Assembly: GCA_964016885.1 (NCBI GenBank)
Contig: OZ024741.1
Location: 223,014,001-223,078,000, forward strand
Direction: 5' to 3'
DNA: 64,000 nucleotides
DNA from: Eledone cirrhosa
Lineage: Eukaryota
Each line of letters opens with the position of its first letter. Positions within the stretch are counted from its first letter, which is position 1. This document shows positions 1-12,665 of the stretch, one piece after another. Both the position numbers and the translations under genes were made by a program. The notes below the pieces were generated by a model. It ran no database searches. It was not told where the DNA came from and saw only the letters and a program-made list of their open reading frames with translations.

Positions 1-104
1 ATGTGGTGTAGTGAGAGTAGTGTGCTAAAGTTTAGCTCAGAATAGAGTGCACTGTTTTTACATACTATATCAACTAATGAGAATTATTTGCTGTTCATTT
101 CTAG

Positions 105-260
105 GCACTATCTGGAGAGTGTGGTTTCATGGCAGCTAACATGTATGCCAGATCCATTTTTGGAGAAGATGTCTTAGCTAACCTCAGTATAGAGAAACCA
201 GCTCATCTTAGTAATGATGCACCAGTACAAGGCCATGTTCGTATTCGAGCTAAAAGCCAG
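105..260 (+). CDS. COPB1: Coatomer subunit beta, penultimate coding exon
   Basis: Translates [32 protein letters not shown]...[10 protein letters not shown], matching the beta-COP C-terminus; ctag| acceptor at 104 and |gtaatc donor at 261; 156 nt, phase 0. Confidence 0.96.
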
Positions 261-1222
261 GTAATCCTTTCATCTATTTTTAAATATCATATTTCATTTA
301 TTTTTCATTTAATCTTAGTTTTGTGACATTATTATTTTTTTTTTTTATTATTTCTATTGATAACTTGTTTGTTTTTATAACTTGAAAAGATGAAATACTA
401 CTATTTTAAAATACTTTTCTTTGTTTTGTTAGTCTGAGAAGGAAGTATCAATAACCTTAGTTTCACTTACTGTCCCATTCTCTACATTGAGCCTAACCTT
501 AGTCTCAGACTATCCTATTCCCTACATTGGTCCAAGTGATTCAACATTTTCATAGCATTCATTTTTCCCTAAGAAGCATTAGATTACTTGAGCCTGCAGT
601 AGGATATGCAGTATGGCCTGCAACTACTACTTCTTGATCCTGTGCCAAACTTATCTGTAAGGTCCAACACCTTGAGATTTGACATCACTACCTGTTCAAA
701 TGTTTTGTCAGTATTACCCTGCCATTTTTGATAATTATGACATATTTTGAACAAATGTTATTACCCACCTCCTTACCACTAATCCAAACGAGAATTTATT
801 GTTAGCACTATAAGTTATAGCATGCTTCAGCTTCCCATAACAGTAAATTGTACTTCTTATTGGTCACTCTCCAACATTATGTCTGAATTTCATTTTATCC
901 ATTTTGGGGGGCTATTTTTTTTACATTCTTATATTTTTTATATTCTTGGATAACATTTTCAGATTTAGTGGTAATGACTTTGAATTTGAAAGATTTTGAT
1001 AGGGAGAAGTGGCTATGGTGAATAAAAAATGCAACAATCATAACACAGAATGTTTCAAGTTCTGATAAGGAAAATATCTTAGACAGTGATGATAGTAAAG
1101 CTAGAGAAGGAGAAATGATGATAATGAGGTTGATATTGTTGAGCAATTGTATAAACATAAACAATCATAGCATTCAATATTATTTATGCCTATGTGTGGT
1201 AGATTGGTAGAATTGGTAGGGT

Positions 1223-1560
1223 CATCATCATTTCATTTTACGTCCACTTTTTCACTGCTTGCAAGGGTGGGACGGGAACTGATTCTGGCTTGATTTCTAC
1301 AGCTGGATGCCCTTCCTAACACCAACCTCATTTACAGTGAGTGCTGGGTGCTTTTTTGCCGTGGCACCTACACAACCACTTTGCAGTGGAATGATAGGGA
1401 ACCCAGTCCCTATCATCTCATTTCTACAGCTGAATAAACTGGAGCAATGTGAAATAAAGTGTCTTGCTCAAGGAAACAACACATCACCCGGTCTGAGAAT
1501 TGAACTCACAACCTTTCGATTGCAAGGCCAATGCTCTAACCACTAAGCCATGTGCCTCCA
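1223..1560 (-). mobile_element. tRNA-derived SINE (family 1) with RTE-type (TGA)n tail, in a COPB1 intron
   Basis: Reverse complement has A box TGGCTTAGTGG, B-box-like GAGTTCAATTC and tail GGACGTAAAATG..ATGATG; near-identical copies at 2272 and 24897. Confidence 0.85.
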
Positions 1561-1713
1561 CAGAGTGCAAGATAAAATGCTATAGCTATATTTGCTCCTT
1601 ACTGGGTCAAGTACTGAAGTTAATTTAATCAACTTTGCCCTTCTCCCAAATTTCCTGGCCTTCTCCCTAAATTAGAAATCAATATTCTTTACACTGTCTC
1701 CTTTTTTTTTCAG

Positions 1714-1791
1714 GGTATGGCATTGAGCATGGGTGACAAAATCAATCTTTCTCAGAAAAAGATCTTGAAAACTGGACCTGGGGCAAATTGA
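1714..1791 (+). CDS. COPB1: Coatomer subunit beta, last coding exon
   Basis: Poly-T plus cag acceptor; GMALSMGDKINLSQKKILKTGPGAN* matches the beta-COP end (GMALSLGDKINLSQK). Confidence 0.95.
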   Translation, partial: GMALSMGDKINLSQKKILKTGPGAN

Positions 1792-1925
1792 ATCATCTGC
1801 TACAAACACAAACACACACACACATACATATAGTCTCAATTTCTGCAGTCTATCCTTATTTTATTGAAAACTTCTACAGTTGGTCTGCTAAAACAAGCCT
1901 TTTACTGTTGTATATCATGAAACAT

Positions 1926-1938
1926 ATTAAACATTAAA
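1926..1938 (+). promoter_or_regulatory. Probable COPB1 polyadenylation signals (2x ATTAAA)
   Basis: Two ATTAAA ~135 nt after the stop, followed by a GT/T-rich tract. Confidence 0.55.
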
Positions 1939-2271
1939 AAAATAATTGCAGATTCTTCTTCATTTAATTGTTTTGTGTTCTTTTTATTTTTGTTTTCTTT
2001 TTATTTTATTTTTGTCATTGAGCAAGACACTTTACTTCATGTTGTTCCAATTTATTCTGCTGGCAGAAATTGAGTTCTACCTCTAATTCAAAGAGACACC
2101 TTTGTCATATACTGTGTCTTCCTGAATCTCCCTGAGAACTATCAAGAGTACATGTATCTGGGTAATACTCAGCCACTTGCATGTTAATTCCACGAGCAGG
2201 ATGTTCAGTTGATAAATTCAACTAGAATACTCATTGTCTGAACCGATGAATGTGTGTGTGTGTGTATATAT

Positions 2272-2592
2272 ATGGCTTAGTGGTTAGAGCATTGGGCTTG
2301 CAATCGAAAGGTTGTGAGTTCAATTCTCAGACCGGGTGATGTGTTGTTTCCTTGAGCAAGACACTTTATTTCACATTGCTCCAGTTTACTCAGCTGTAGA
2401 AATGAGATGATAGGACTGGGGTCCCTATCATTCCACTGCAAAGTGGTCGTGGAGGTGCCACGGCAAAAAAGCACCCAGCACTCACTGTAAATGAGGTTGG
2501 TGTTAGGAGGGGCATCCATATAGAAATCAAGCCAGCATCAGTTCCCGTCCCACCCTTGCAAGCAGGGAAAAGCGGACGTAAAATGATGATGA
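2272..2592 (+). mobile_element. tRNA-derived SINE (family 1)
   Basis: A/B boxes, same body and tail as 1223-1560. Confidence 0.85.
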
Positions 2593-2759
2593 TATATATA
2601 TATCCCGTTTTTTAGAATATATATACTGCATGACATTAGAGGCAACTAAAAGGGTTGACATTAGGAAGGGCATCTGGTTCCAAAACATTGTCTCAAATAA
2701 TCCCATCTAACCCAAGCCTGTATGGAAAAATGGATGCCAAAACAATGATGATTTCTTCT

Positions 2760-3692
2760 CCAACACAGCATCTTGCGAATTGCTATATCTCCTTATCTGT
2801 CTAGGGAAATGGAATTTGGAATCAAAGGATTTGAGGGTAAAATTAGCCAAAACTAAAGTGTTAGTGAGTTTGAAAAAAAGATAGACCCTGATCCCTCCAG
2901 GGAAGTGGCTCTGCTCAATATGTGGAAAAGGAGTAGGTATAAACTCCATATGGTTGTACACACTGTAAATCTTGGGTACGCAAGAGATGTAGTAGGATAA
3001 TGGGTAGACTAACAGGATGGGAAGACTTTGTATGTAGATGCACAAGAATAATTAAAGGGAAGAGTGGCAGTGATATAAACCTCTTCAAGTCACAAGAAGG
3101 GTCCATAGAAGTGGTTGATAGCTTCTACTATCTAGGTGACTTAATTAGCAGCAGAAGAGGGTGTTCTGAGAGTACAATAGCTAGAATAAGTATAGGATTG
3201 AAGAAGTTTAGAGAGCTACTCCCACAGTTGACAACAAAAGGTTTCTTCCTACATACAAAAGGAGAACTGTATGATGCTTGTGTGCGAAGTGTGATGCTAC
3301 ATGATAATGAAACATTGGCTGTGACTGCAAAGGACGTGCATAGGATGGAGAGAAATGAAGCAGCCATGCTTTGTTGGATGTGCAATGTAAAAGTGAGAGA
3401 AAGGCAGAGCTTGGATGAACTGAGGGAGAAGCTGGGTTTAAGAGGAATCCGATGTGATGTGCAGGAGAGAAGACTATGTTGGTATGTACATGTGATGCAC
3501 ATGGATGATGATCAATGGGTGAAGAAGTTACAGTAGAGGTAGACCAAGAAAAACCTGGGCAGAGGTGGTGAGAGCTGATCTCGAATCAGAGACTTACAGA
3601 GATGACGAAGAAATGTGGCAAGTGGAGTGTTGCTGTACTGAGAAGGATCCGTCCATTCCATGCAAGTGTGGAAAAGTGGACGTAAAAACAAT
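2760..3692 (+). mobile_element. RTE-clade LINE 3' fragment (degraded RT C-terminus)
   Basis: EVVDSFYYLG, KGxLYxACVRSVML, RRLxWYxHV, RGRPRKTW motifs; ggacgtaaaa..atgat tail. Confidence 0.85.
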
Positions 3693-4074
3693 GATTATCT
3701 CTTTGTGAGGCTCAATCTTCACATATTCCATAGGCTCCTTCCACTTGGATTGTTCATAATTTACTGAACTCTCATCCTCCATAATCATCACATGTTGATA
3801 CAAAAGTATTCTTTCTTACTACATCAGATACATTTTATATCCACTTTTTCTCTCAGCTTATTTGTACACCAACATTCATGCTAGCTAAAATTATACATCC
3901 AGTAGAACAAGCTCACTCCATTTCTTTCCAATTTCACACATCCACTGTATTTAATACTCATGTTTATTATGCAACATCACACTCCATACCTAAGCATCAT
4001 ACAATCTACCCTTCTCTTGAAGAGAGAATACTTCCCTGAGCCAACTCAGACCAATCAGGCCAGATCAGTTATGC

Positions 4075-4490
4075 CAACCTGACTAGCTCAACTAACCCAG
4101 CCTGGCCAGCTCAAGCCAGGTGAGTTTGACCAGCCCATCTAAGCAAGCTTAATTCAACTAACCAGAGCAGGTTAGCTCAGCCCAACCAATACAGCTACAC
4201 TGGATAGGCAACCTCAGCTTATGCAGCTCCTCTAACCATCTCAACAATTGATCAAGGCTGAACTGCTGAAAGGAAAGGAAGGGAATTAGTGGAGTGTGGG
4301 GAGAAAAGGCCTGATCTGGTTTGGCTAGGGTGGCTGTGTGAGCTACCAACCCAGTCTAGTTGCACAGGTTGTTAAGCTTGCTTAAGCTGGTCAAGCTGAG
4401 TTTACCTAGATTGGTTGTGCTAGCCTAGCTAAGCTGAACTAAGTTCATAATGTCAGTCAGCCCCAGTTTCAGACAGGTCTGCCTTAGCTA
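4075..4490. repeat. Degraded fold-back / MITE-like inverted repeat
   Basis: ttgaccagc..taagcaagcttaa (~4125-4155) mirrored by ttaagcttgcttaagctggtcaa (~4372-4395); inner arms also loosely complementary. Confidence 0.45.
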
Positions 4491-4559
4491 GCTTATCTGA
4501 GGCCCCTTAAATGGGACCTTAGTTAATATTCTGAAAAGGTAACATCCTATTTGTGGCAC

Positions 4560-5575
4560 CTTATGAGAGGCTGTGTTAAATGTAAGGAAAGTAATTATAT
4601 CAAAACAAGGAAAGCAGCTGGTTCATCAGGTGTAGTCACTAATATGTTTAAAATATCTGGTGGAAAAGATCATAGGTTAGTCATTCAAATTGTCAACCAA
4701 GTAAAACAGGAAAGTGTCATACTCTTTGACTGGTATAGCAGTACCATTAACAACTGCCAAAGGGCAAAGGTAATGTCCTAGAATGTACTAACTACAAAGG
4801 AATCAAACTACTGGACCAGGTTATGAAAGTCATGGAATCATACCGAGAAGAGGCACTACTGATATCTTCATAGTGACACAACTACAGGAGAAATACTTAG
4901 ATAAGAGTAAACACTTATACTTAACATTTGTTGATCTAATGGCTGCTAAGGAAACTAGGGGTAGACAAATGGCTAAGGGATGTGCAAACCATATACAGAA
5001 GGATCCATAGAAGTGGTTGATAGCTTCTGCTATCTAGGTGACTTAATTAACAGCAGAGAGATTATGCTCCGAGAGCATAATAGCTAGGATAGGATGGAAG
5101 AAGCTTAAAGAGTTACGTCCACTGTCGACAACAAAAGGTTTCTTCCTACATACAAAAGGACAACTATATGATGCCTGTGTGTGAAGTGTGATGCTGCATG
5201 GTAATGAAACATTGGCTGTGACTGCAGAGGACATGTAGATTGGAGAGAAATGAAGCAGCCATGCTTCGTTGGATGAGCAATGTAGTGCAGAGCTAAGGGA
5301 GAAGCCAGGTTTAAGAGGAATTTGAGATGGTGTGCAGGAGAGAAGACTACATTGGTATAGACGTGATGTGCATGGATGGTGATCAATGGGTGAAGAAGTG
5401 CCAGTGGAAAGAAGTCGCAGTAGAGGTAGACCAAGGAAAACCTGGACAGAGGTGAGAACTAACCTTAAATCGTTGAGACTCACAGAGATGACGAAGCAAT
5501 ACAGTGAGTGGAGGGATGCTGTACTGAGAAGAACCCATCCAAGCGTGGAAAAGCAAATGCAAAAATGATGATGAC
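4560..5575 (+). mobile_element. RTE-clade LINE fragment with internal deletions
   Basis: KAAGxSG, AFVDL-like, RSRGRPRKTW motifs; similar to 3100-3690; tgatgatga tail. Confidence 0.8.
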
Positions 5576-5894
5576 AGACAGTGAATTTTATTAAAAATAT
5601 TGTACTGAAAGGATTAATTTCATACTATCCTAAAATAACAGCTGAATCTTCCTTAACCCTTTTGATACCAAACCACCCTGGATCATAATTATATTTTAGA
5701 AATTTTTGTTAAGTAATGTTCTAAATATCAGCTTACTCCTGAAAAATTTAGTTATTTCATTAAATTCCAAATTTTTGGTTATTTTCAACATTAATTGAAA
5801 GACATGTATTTCATTTGAAATACAGTAATGAAAGGTTTAGCTGTGGTTTACTGACTTCTTTAATGTATTTTGTATGTGCAGCTATTCCATAATC

Positions 5895-6140
5895 ATCATC
5901 ACCTTTTTACATCTGCTTTTCCATGATTGCATGGGTTGGACTGGTCATTTGCAGCAGCTCCCCCCCCCCCTACCTCCGGTGTGTCTTCATCTAATCTGCC
6001 AGGTTCAGCATTTTAAGATCCATTCTTAACACTTCTGTCCAGGCCATCCTTAACCTTCCTCTACTGTAGATTCCTTTCACTTGAAACTCCTGGAATTTCT
6101 TTACTCCACAATTATCATCCATATACATCACATGTCCATA
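5895..6140 (-). mobile_element. RTE LINE 3' end fragment
   Basis: YGHVMYMDD...SRGRLRMAW on the minus strand plus tail. Confidence 0.7.
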
Positions 6141-6211
6141 TTTGTAATTAATTTTGTTAATAAATGGGTGCAACATGGCACCTCCTTTAACTGTTTAACT
6201 TCATTAATAAT

Positions 6212-6420
6212 TGTTTCTAATTTTGGCACAAGTTCAGCAATTATCCCAGTGTATTACTGGTACTTTATTTTATCTACCCTGTAAGGATGAAAGGCAAAGT
6301 TAATCTCGGCAGGATTTGAACTCAGAAAAGCGGACGTAAAATGATGATGATGATGAATGGAAAGGGCCGTAACTGTGTCAAAGCATGGCGTCTGCCCCTC
6401 TACCGATACTGCCAATCCCT
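6212..6420 (-). mobile_element. tRNA-derived SINE (family 2) with TSD and a nested ~30-bp RTE-type tail
   Basis: B box GAGTTCAAATCC on the minus strand; flanking direct repeat cttcattaataat; internal aaaagcggacgtaaaa(tga)n insert. Confidence 0.75.
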
Positions 6421-7243
6421 CTTCATTAATAATAGACATGTAACACCATCATCGTTTAAAGTCCATTTTCCACGCTAGCATGGCATAATTTGCAAAGCTC
6501 TGTGGCCTGTGTAGTCACGTCCTCCAAATAGTTTTATAAAAACTTTGTGCCAATTTTTCAATGCAGAATAAGGGGTTGACTTATGCATGAATAAATATGG
6601 AACTTGATATTAAAAATCTTATGACAAAATAAAACTAGACACGCAAATAAGAGTTTTCTCTTTATTTATATACATATATAAACTTAGTATTATATAAAAG
6701 GTGCAAGATATACAAGCGGAACACTGATATTTATTTTACAATTCAATGAATAGGCAATTATGTTGATTGAATAACTAGAACATTTGTTACTGAAATTTCA
6801 CACTAACCCACCACCAGCAAACCAATGTGGTTATTAAGAATTAAAAAAAGCAAATAATTTTCACAGCAAAGTAACCATCCCCTCTTAAAGTCTGAATACA
6901 GCTGATTTCTTCAAGTGAGAGAGAGAGTGATAGAGAGGAAGTAATAAAGAGATATAAAGGAAGAATCAACCCCAGTACTGGGCTGGTAATTTTTTTTATC
7001 AACCTTGAAAGTTTCATATAATCAATGGTTATTATAAAAATTCTAAGCACAAACATTTTTTCATCAATACAGAATGTATGATTTCTTTCACCATTATTTG
7101 ACATTAATATGTATTTTGATGAATATAAATTAGAAAACCAATGAAATTTTACTACGTTCGTTCTTACAAATTCTACAACATACTAATACATGTCCTCACA
7201 CAACAATATTCTGACATAATTAAGCAAATAAAATCAACTATAT

Positions 7244-7274
<31 letters not shown>

Positions 7275-7361
7275 AATCAGAATGGATGCAGTAAGAACCA
7301 GTTAGACAATTACTCACTAGAGTACTCGATATTTGGAGTAGTAAAGTGGGTAATAGGAAAA

Positions 7362-7472
7362 ATTTGGGACCCCGATGGCTGAGCTCCTGCCGTTTCAACA
7401 GCTAGATCCAAACTTAGCTAGTTCAGATCTAGCTGTTGAAATAGTAGGAGCTCAGCCGTCGGGGTCTCAAAT
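7362..7472. repeat. 52-bp-arm hairpin in the inferred ZC3H12 3' UTR
   Basis: atttgggaccccg...gatccaaac / gttcagatc...cggggtctcaaat, 7 transition differences, 7-nt loop. Confidence 0.9.
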
Positions 7473-7721
7473 ATATATATATATCAAAGGGAAATTGTTC
7501 AAGTTCAAAACAAGAACTGAAAGAGAAATATAAAGATTCTACACAAATAAGTAAACATTTACAATCAGCATCATATAAATAGTTTGCCAAAAGAATTGGC
7601 TACAATTTTAATTCCAGAACTGGCTTATGGAAGCTTGATCAAGTTATGTGAAGTTACACTTCATTATTTTTGGCAGTTACAATCCTTTCGAGTTTCACTG
7701 GCCACCATTATAAGTAAATTT

Positions 7722-8932
7722 TCAGTCATTGTACCTGTGAGGAATTTGGCACATAGCTGGATGTACCATTACCTCAGGGTAGCTTGTGTTATCAAGAGGC
7801 CATGATGTTGTAGACATAGGATTTGTGTGTTGTTGCTGAAGCTGTTGTTGCTGCTGTAATTGTTGCTGTTGCTGTGGTAAGCTTTGTTGGCGAGTCGTGT
7901 AAGAGGTTGAGTAAAAATGTCTGCTTGGAGATGTCACTTCGAACGGTTGTGTCATTACGTATGGTGGCAATGATACATTGTTGTTACTTGGTATTGGGCA
8001 TGAATACACTGGAGATAAACAGTTTGTAGAGCTTGGAATTGTCTCATAAAATGCATTCTGTCCTTTGTCAGCTACCTGAACTTGATATGAAGGTGTGTAG
8101 CAATCATGTACCCAGGAGTTTGGCAGACTAATCTGTCGGGCAATATTTGGTGCGAAAACTTGGCTAAGAAGCATCTTGTCTGAAATTGGATAAGGATATC
8201 GTGTGGAGGGGAAGCTGAAACTATCACAACTATTATAAGCGTACGGTGGAGAAACAGTATCAAAAAAGCAATCTCCTTGGTTATTTTGAAAGAGATTAGG
8301 CAACATATCCTTAACAGCTTGGTTGGGTATTGAAGGTTTGTGTGTCATAGTACTGTTTGGTTTTATCTGATGTTCAGAATCGACATAAACTGATGACTTT
8401 CGGGATAATGGTGGATGTTGAGGACTTGACTGTGGAGAATTGTGGGACTTTTTCTTTGCTTCAATTTCTTCACCAGATAAGCTTTTGGCCAATTGTAAAT
8501 GGCCACAGACAAAGTTTTCGTTTTGAATCTGAGCTGGAAGACTATGTGGTCCATCTGGCTGGTGTTTAGGTGACACATAATTATATTTGTCCAATGGTGA
8601 GCTGTTGGACTTTTCAAAATGAACTGTTTTGTTGGTTTGGTTACTGGAATGCATGTTGGCAAGAGACAACTCTGACAAATGAGCAGTAACTCCATCAGCT
8701 TCTGAAATCTTGTTTGCAGCAGCTTTTTCTTTAGCTTCATCTTGTTCATTGATTCGTGTAATTTCTCTTCTGGATCTATCAAGTTTCTCATTGTATTCTC
8801 TGGCTAGACGTTGCTTCTCTGCCTGTACTTCAGCAGTCAATTGTGTTGCATCTCCACCATCAGAATATCGAGATTTACTTCTTAAAAGGAGGTTTTTACC
8901 CTTCAGTTTTTGCTGAATTTTGTTTTTCTCAG
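7722..8932 (-). CDS. ZC3H12A: Regnase-1/MCPIP1-like, last coding exon (low-complexity S/P/Q-rich C-terminus, polyQ)
   Basis: Polypyrimidine-cag acceptor at 8933; phase 1, in frame with the 372-aa ORF; stop at 7722-7724. Confidence 0.85.
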
Positions 8933-9441
8933 CTGAAGATTAAGAAAAAAAAGAAGAAAACAAATAAACCATTAATAAATATGGAATATGTTCAATTAAT
9001 ATAACATTCATCTCAAGTTAGATTGACATAGTTATAGTTGCAGCCTATCTCTTGACACACACCATATCTCTATATTTTGTATATTTGTGGAAAAATACAT
9101 TGTACATATGGACCCAAAAACGAAAAAGAGATATAGAAGACAAATCAAACCCAGTACTGGGCTGCTATTTTACTTATCAACCTCAAAAGGATGAAAAGCA
9201 AAGTTGACCTCGGTGGGATTTTAACTCAAAGCACAGAAAGCCAGAATAAATACCGTAAAGTATTCTATCTGACATTTTAATGACGTTGCCAATTCACTGC
9301 CAGAAAAATTTATTATTGATGCTAAAAACACATAACATACCAAAAAGACACTCATACACATGATGATGATGAGCAGATTTAGAAACACACACTCACAGAA
9401 GCACTAACATAAAATAAAAAATAAAAACAAAATCTGCATAC

Positions 9442-9671
9442 CTTCTAGAACTTTCTCCTGCTGCTTATATTGTTCTGCTAATTTCTCTGTTACAGTTTTG
9501 TGTGGCATGTTACCACGTTCCGGGTGATAAAACTTGCATTTGTTGCCATAGGTGCACTTTTTACCATAAGGACAGTTGGGTGGCAGTGTTTCTGGAGCAG
9601 TTGGTGTCTTCCGAAGAAAATTATCCAAACTAGGACCGTGGCGCCCAAGTGGGTCATCAGGTGGCATAAAC
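9442..9671 (-). CDS. ZC3H12A: Regnase-1-like exon: end of NYN/PIN domain and CCCH zinc finger
   Basis: [21 protein letters not shown]...[20 protein letters not shown]; ag/gt boundaries, phases consistent. Confidence 0.95.
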
Positions 9672-9769
9672 CTAAAATGAACACAAAAGTATATATAAAG
9701 ATATATATATAATAAATGAATAAACATATATACATATACAGGGTTTTTCCTAAAGGGGTATGTCCTACT

Positions 9770-10285
9770 GATCTGAGATTTTATGGTAGTTCCTCTTTTT
9801 TCTACTACTGATAGAAACTATATAGTCTGTAAGATAAGCCCACAGATAAACTACAAAACTAGAAATGTAGTCTATAGGATAAGATGTATAGAAGGACAAT
9901 GCAGAAACAAGACAATGACATACATAAGAGAGACAGCTTGTAGTATAGGAGAGAGATTAAAGGAACACTGATGAGAACTTAAAGAGGAGAAACGATCATC
10001 AGTGCTATAACAACATGCCAAACTAGAACATGAGGACTCAATAGATAACATAGAAATAAAGGTCCTATCCACACATAGAACTGACAGAAAACCTCACACA
10101 AAATAGAAGATAGACCTATCCTGAACTGAAAACATGAGGGGAATAGTAACAGTCCGCAACTTATAAATATAAAAAAATCATATGGTGTGTATTTTTCTTT
10201 CTATTGGCAATATTGGCAACATGACTATCCCAAAATATAAAAATATTGGTTTCAACACATGATTTCATATCAAGAATCTTGCAGA
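9770..10285 (+). mobile_element. Penelope-like element 3' fragment (GIY-YIG remnant plus terminus) in a ZC3H12 intron
   Basis: NVVYRIRCIEGQC..YIRETACSIGERLKEH; terminus resembles 46663-46730. Confidence 0.8.
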
Positions 10286-10304
10286 AAAAATATATAAACA
10301 TATA

Positions 10305-10348
<44 letters not shown>

Positions 10349-10395
10349 TGAGAAAACAAAGGGTATGTGGTTAAAGAAAAGATCAATCAACTTAC

Positions 10396-10630
10396 TTGTC
10401 CTCGACAAAAGAGTACATGAGCAGGCGTTCCTCCACAACCTTTTTGAAGCCAATGTTCTCATTGAGAAGGTCTCGGTAATTGTCATTAGAAACCACAATA
10501 CCATTGTTCTCATTGGCCACTTTGAGAATATAGCGATCATCATAACAGGCTACACGTTTGCCCTTGATCATGCGAGCTGGAGTAAATATCAAAAATCTTT
10601 CTTTTTCCAGCTCAGTGAGAATTTCTTGAT
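10396..10630 (-). CDS. ZC3H12A: Regnase-1-like exon: NYN/PIN catalytic residues
   Basis: [17 protein letters not shown]...[10 protein letters not shown]...[11 protein letters not shown]; ag/gtaag boundaries. Confidence 0.95.
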
Positions 10631-12344
10631 CTGGAGATAAAAATAAAAAGAAATAACAGTCAAATGAAATAAAAGCAAATTAAGTTTGGCAAATTTTCTT
10701 ACATGCAAATATATACACTGTACTCCTGCATGTCATATCATCATCATCACCATTTAACATCTATTTTTCAGAAAAGGAGAGAGAGAGTGAGAAGAAATGA
10801 TAAAAATAGATAGATAGATAGAGAAAGAATTAACCCCAGTCTAGAACTTTATTTATCAACTTCGAAAGAAAGACAAGTAAGTTGACATCAGTAGGATTTA
10901 AACTTGAAATGCAGAAAGCTGAAACAAATATTGAGGCATTTATTTCAATGCCCTTTAGCATTTAAACTGGCCATATCCAGCCAGATTTCTCTCACCTCTT
11001 TCTGTTCAAACTGGCCACTCGTACCTACATTAAGGTACTGTTTTCAAAATAAATAACATCAAAATCTTGTAGATTTGATATTATGTGAGATAAAGCCTTT
11101 ACTGTGAAAATACAATAGTAAATATTGAGTAATGTAAATGCTAAAGGGTTAACTGTGTCAATTCACCAGCTTGTAAACATATAAAAATTAGTGAAGAATA
11201 CAATAACTGATTTCTAAAGCCAGTGATTTATGTGGAAGGGAAAGTCAATTATATCAACTCTTTTACATAACTGGTCCTTTATTTAATCGACCTTTGTTGG
11301 AATTAAATTCAGAACATGAAGGGCCATAACTAAATGCTTTAATGATTCTGTAAATAACTGAAAGAACACTCAACATTGAGATTTAAGCAAAACTTCACTA
11401 TTTACATGGACAAAGCACTATATGAAAAAAATACTTCTAACACAAGTCAAGTTGCTAAAGAACACCCAACACATTGAAATTCCCAGCTTTTGGATGTGGA
11501 ATGTCCTACTATATTGTGTTTCAGTAACCATTCAACAACAGATTAGAGTAACAGAGATTGATTAAAATAATAACACAGTATCAAAACAGATTATTGTTCT
11601 CGTTCAAGAACAAAAAACAAGATTCCAGGTAAATATTGAGCAATCGGATACTATCATCAAATGCAAAGTGAATAATGATTTCCTGAACCACCAGATACAA
11701 CTGTGCGGTAGACTAATTAACAGTAGCACTAACATAGCATGGTTCATAATAGAGGCGACTATGAAGGCATATACAATATATTCATGTATAATAAACATAC
11801 AATGTTTAATATATGTAAACATATCATATATGCCTCCATATAAACCTTTGTATGATAGACTATCCAAAATAAATGAGAATGTCTGGTAAGGGACATACAT
11901 GGGTAAACTGATTGCCCTTAAACACCAACAACAAACAATAAGAGAAAACCTTTAGTATTGTAAGAACTAACAGGAATGTATGACTAACTATCAGCCCTGA
12001 GATTGCACAAAATCCACAAGTTAATTATCACTACTTGAAAAGTCATATCATTAATGGTATAAATGCTCCTTTCCAGAATAACCTGAGGTCATTTTGAGAA
12101 GAATTTGGAAGGTAAATAAACAGGTTAACTACAATAGAGTATGATCACATGAGCTACAGAGTGATTATTGCGGTGAATATGCTGAACTTGATGTAGCAGT
12201 CTAGTTGACAATTGCATGGACAACAGTTGTGCCTAAAAATGGAGAGACACATATGAGCAAAAAATATATGTCCATAACTTACTTAACCTCTTTAATACCA
12301 CCCCAAAACACCTCTGGTTTTATGAAAAAAAACATGCATTTTAA

Positions 12345-12665
12345 AGGCGCGTAGCTTTGAGATTATGAAATTTGGGTCACGATCATAAGGTCATGAGTTC
12401 AATTCCCGGTGGCAGGTTGTGTTCTTGAGCAAGACACTTTATTTCACATTGCTCCAGTTCACTCAGCTGGCAAAAGTGAGTTATACCTATAATTTGAAGA
12501 CCTGCTTTGTCACATTCTGTGTTACGCCGAATCTCCCTGAGAACTATGTTAAGGGTGCGCGTGTTTGTGGAATGCTCAGCCACTTGCACGTTAATTTCAC
12601 AAGCAGGCTGTTCCGTTGATCGGATCAACTGGAGCACTCAGCATTGTAACCGATGGAGTGCCTTC
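12345..12665 (+). mobile_element. tRNA-SINE related to family 1, different 3' half
   Basis: GAGTTCAATTCC B box, cttgagcaagacactttatttcacattgctccag core; partial copy at ~2015-2250. Confidence 0.7.

Noticed and set aside
1307-1546. Recurrent ~79-aa ORF (MPFLTPTSF...) at 1307, 2277 and 24901
   Set aside because: Antisense reading of a SINE; similarity reflects repeat copies
2272-2340. tRNA-like sequence
   Set aside because: SINE head joined to a SINE body; no complete cloverleaf or acceptor stem
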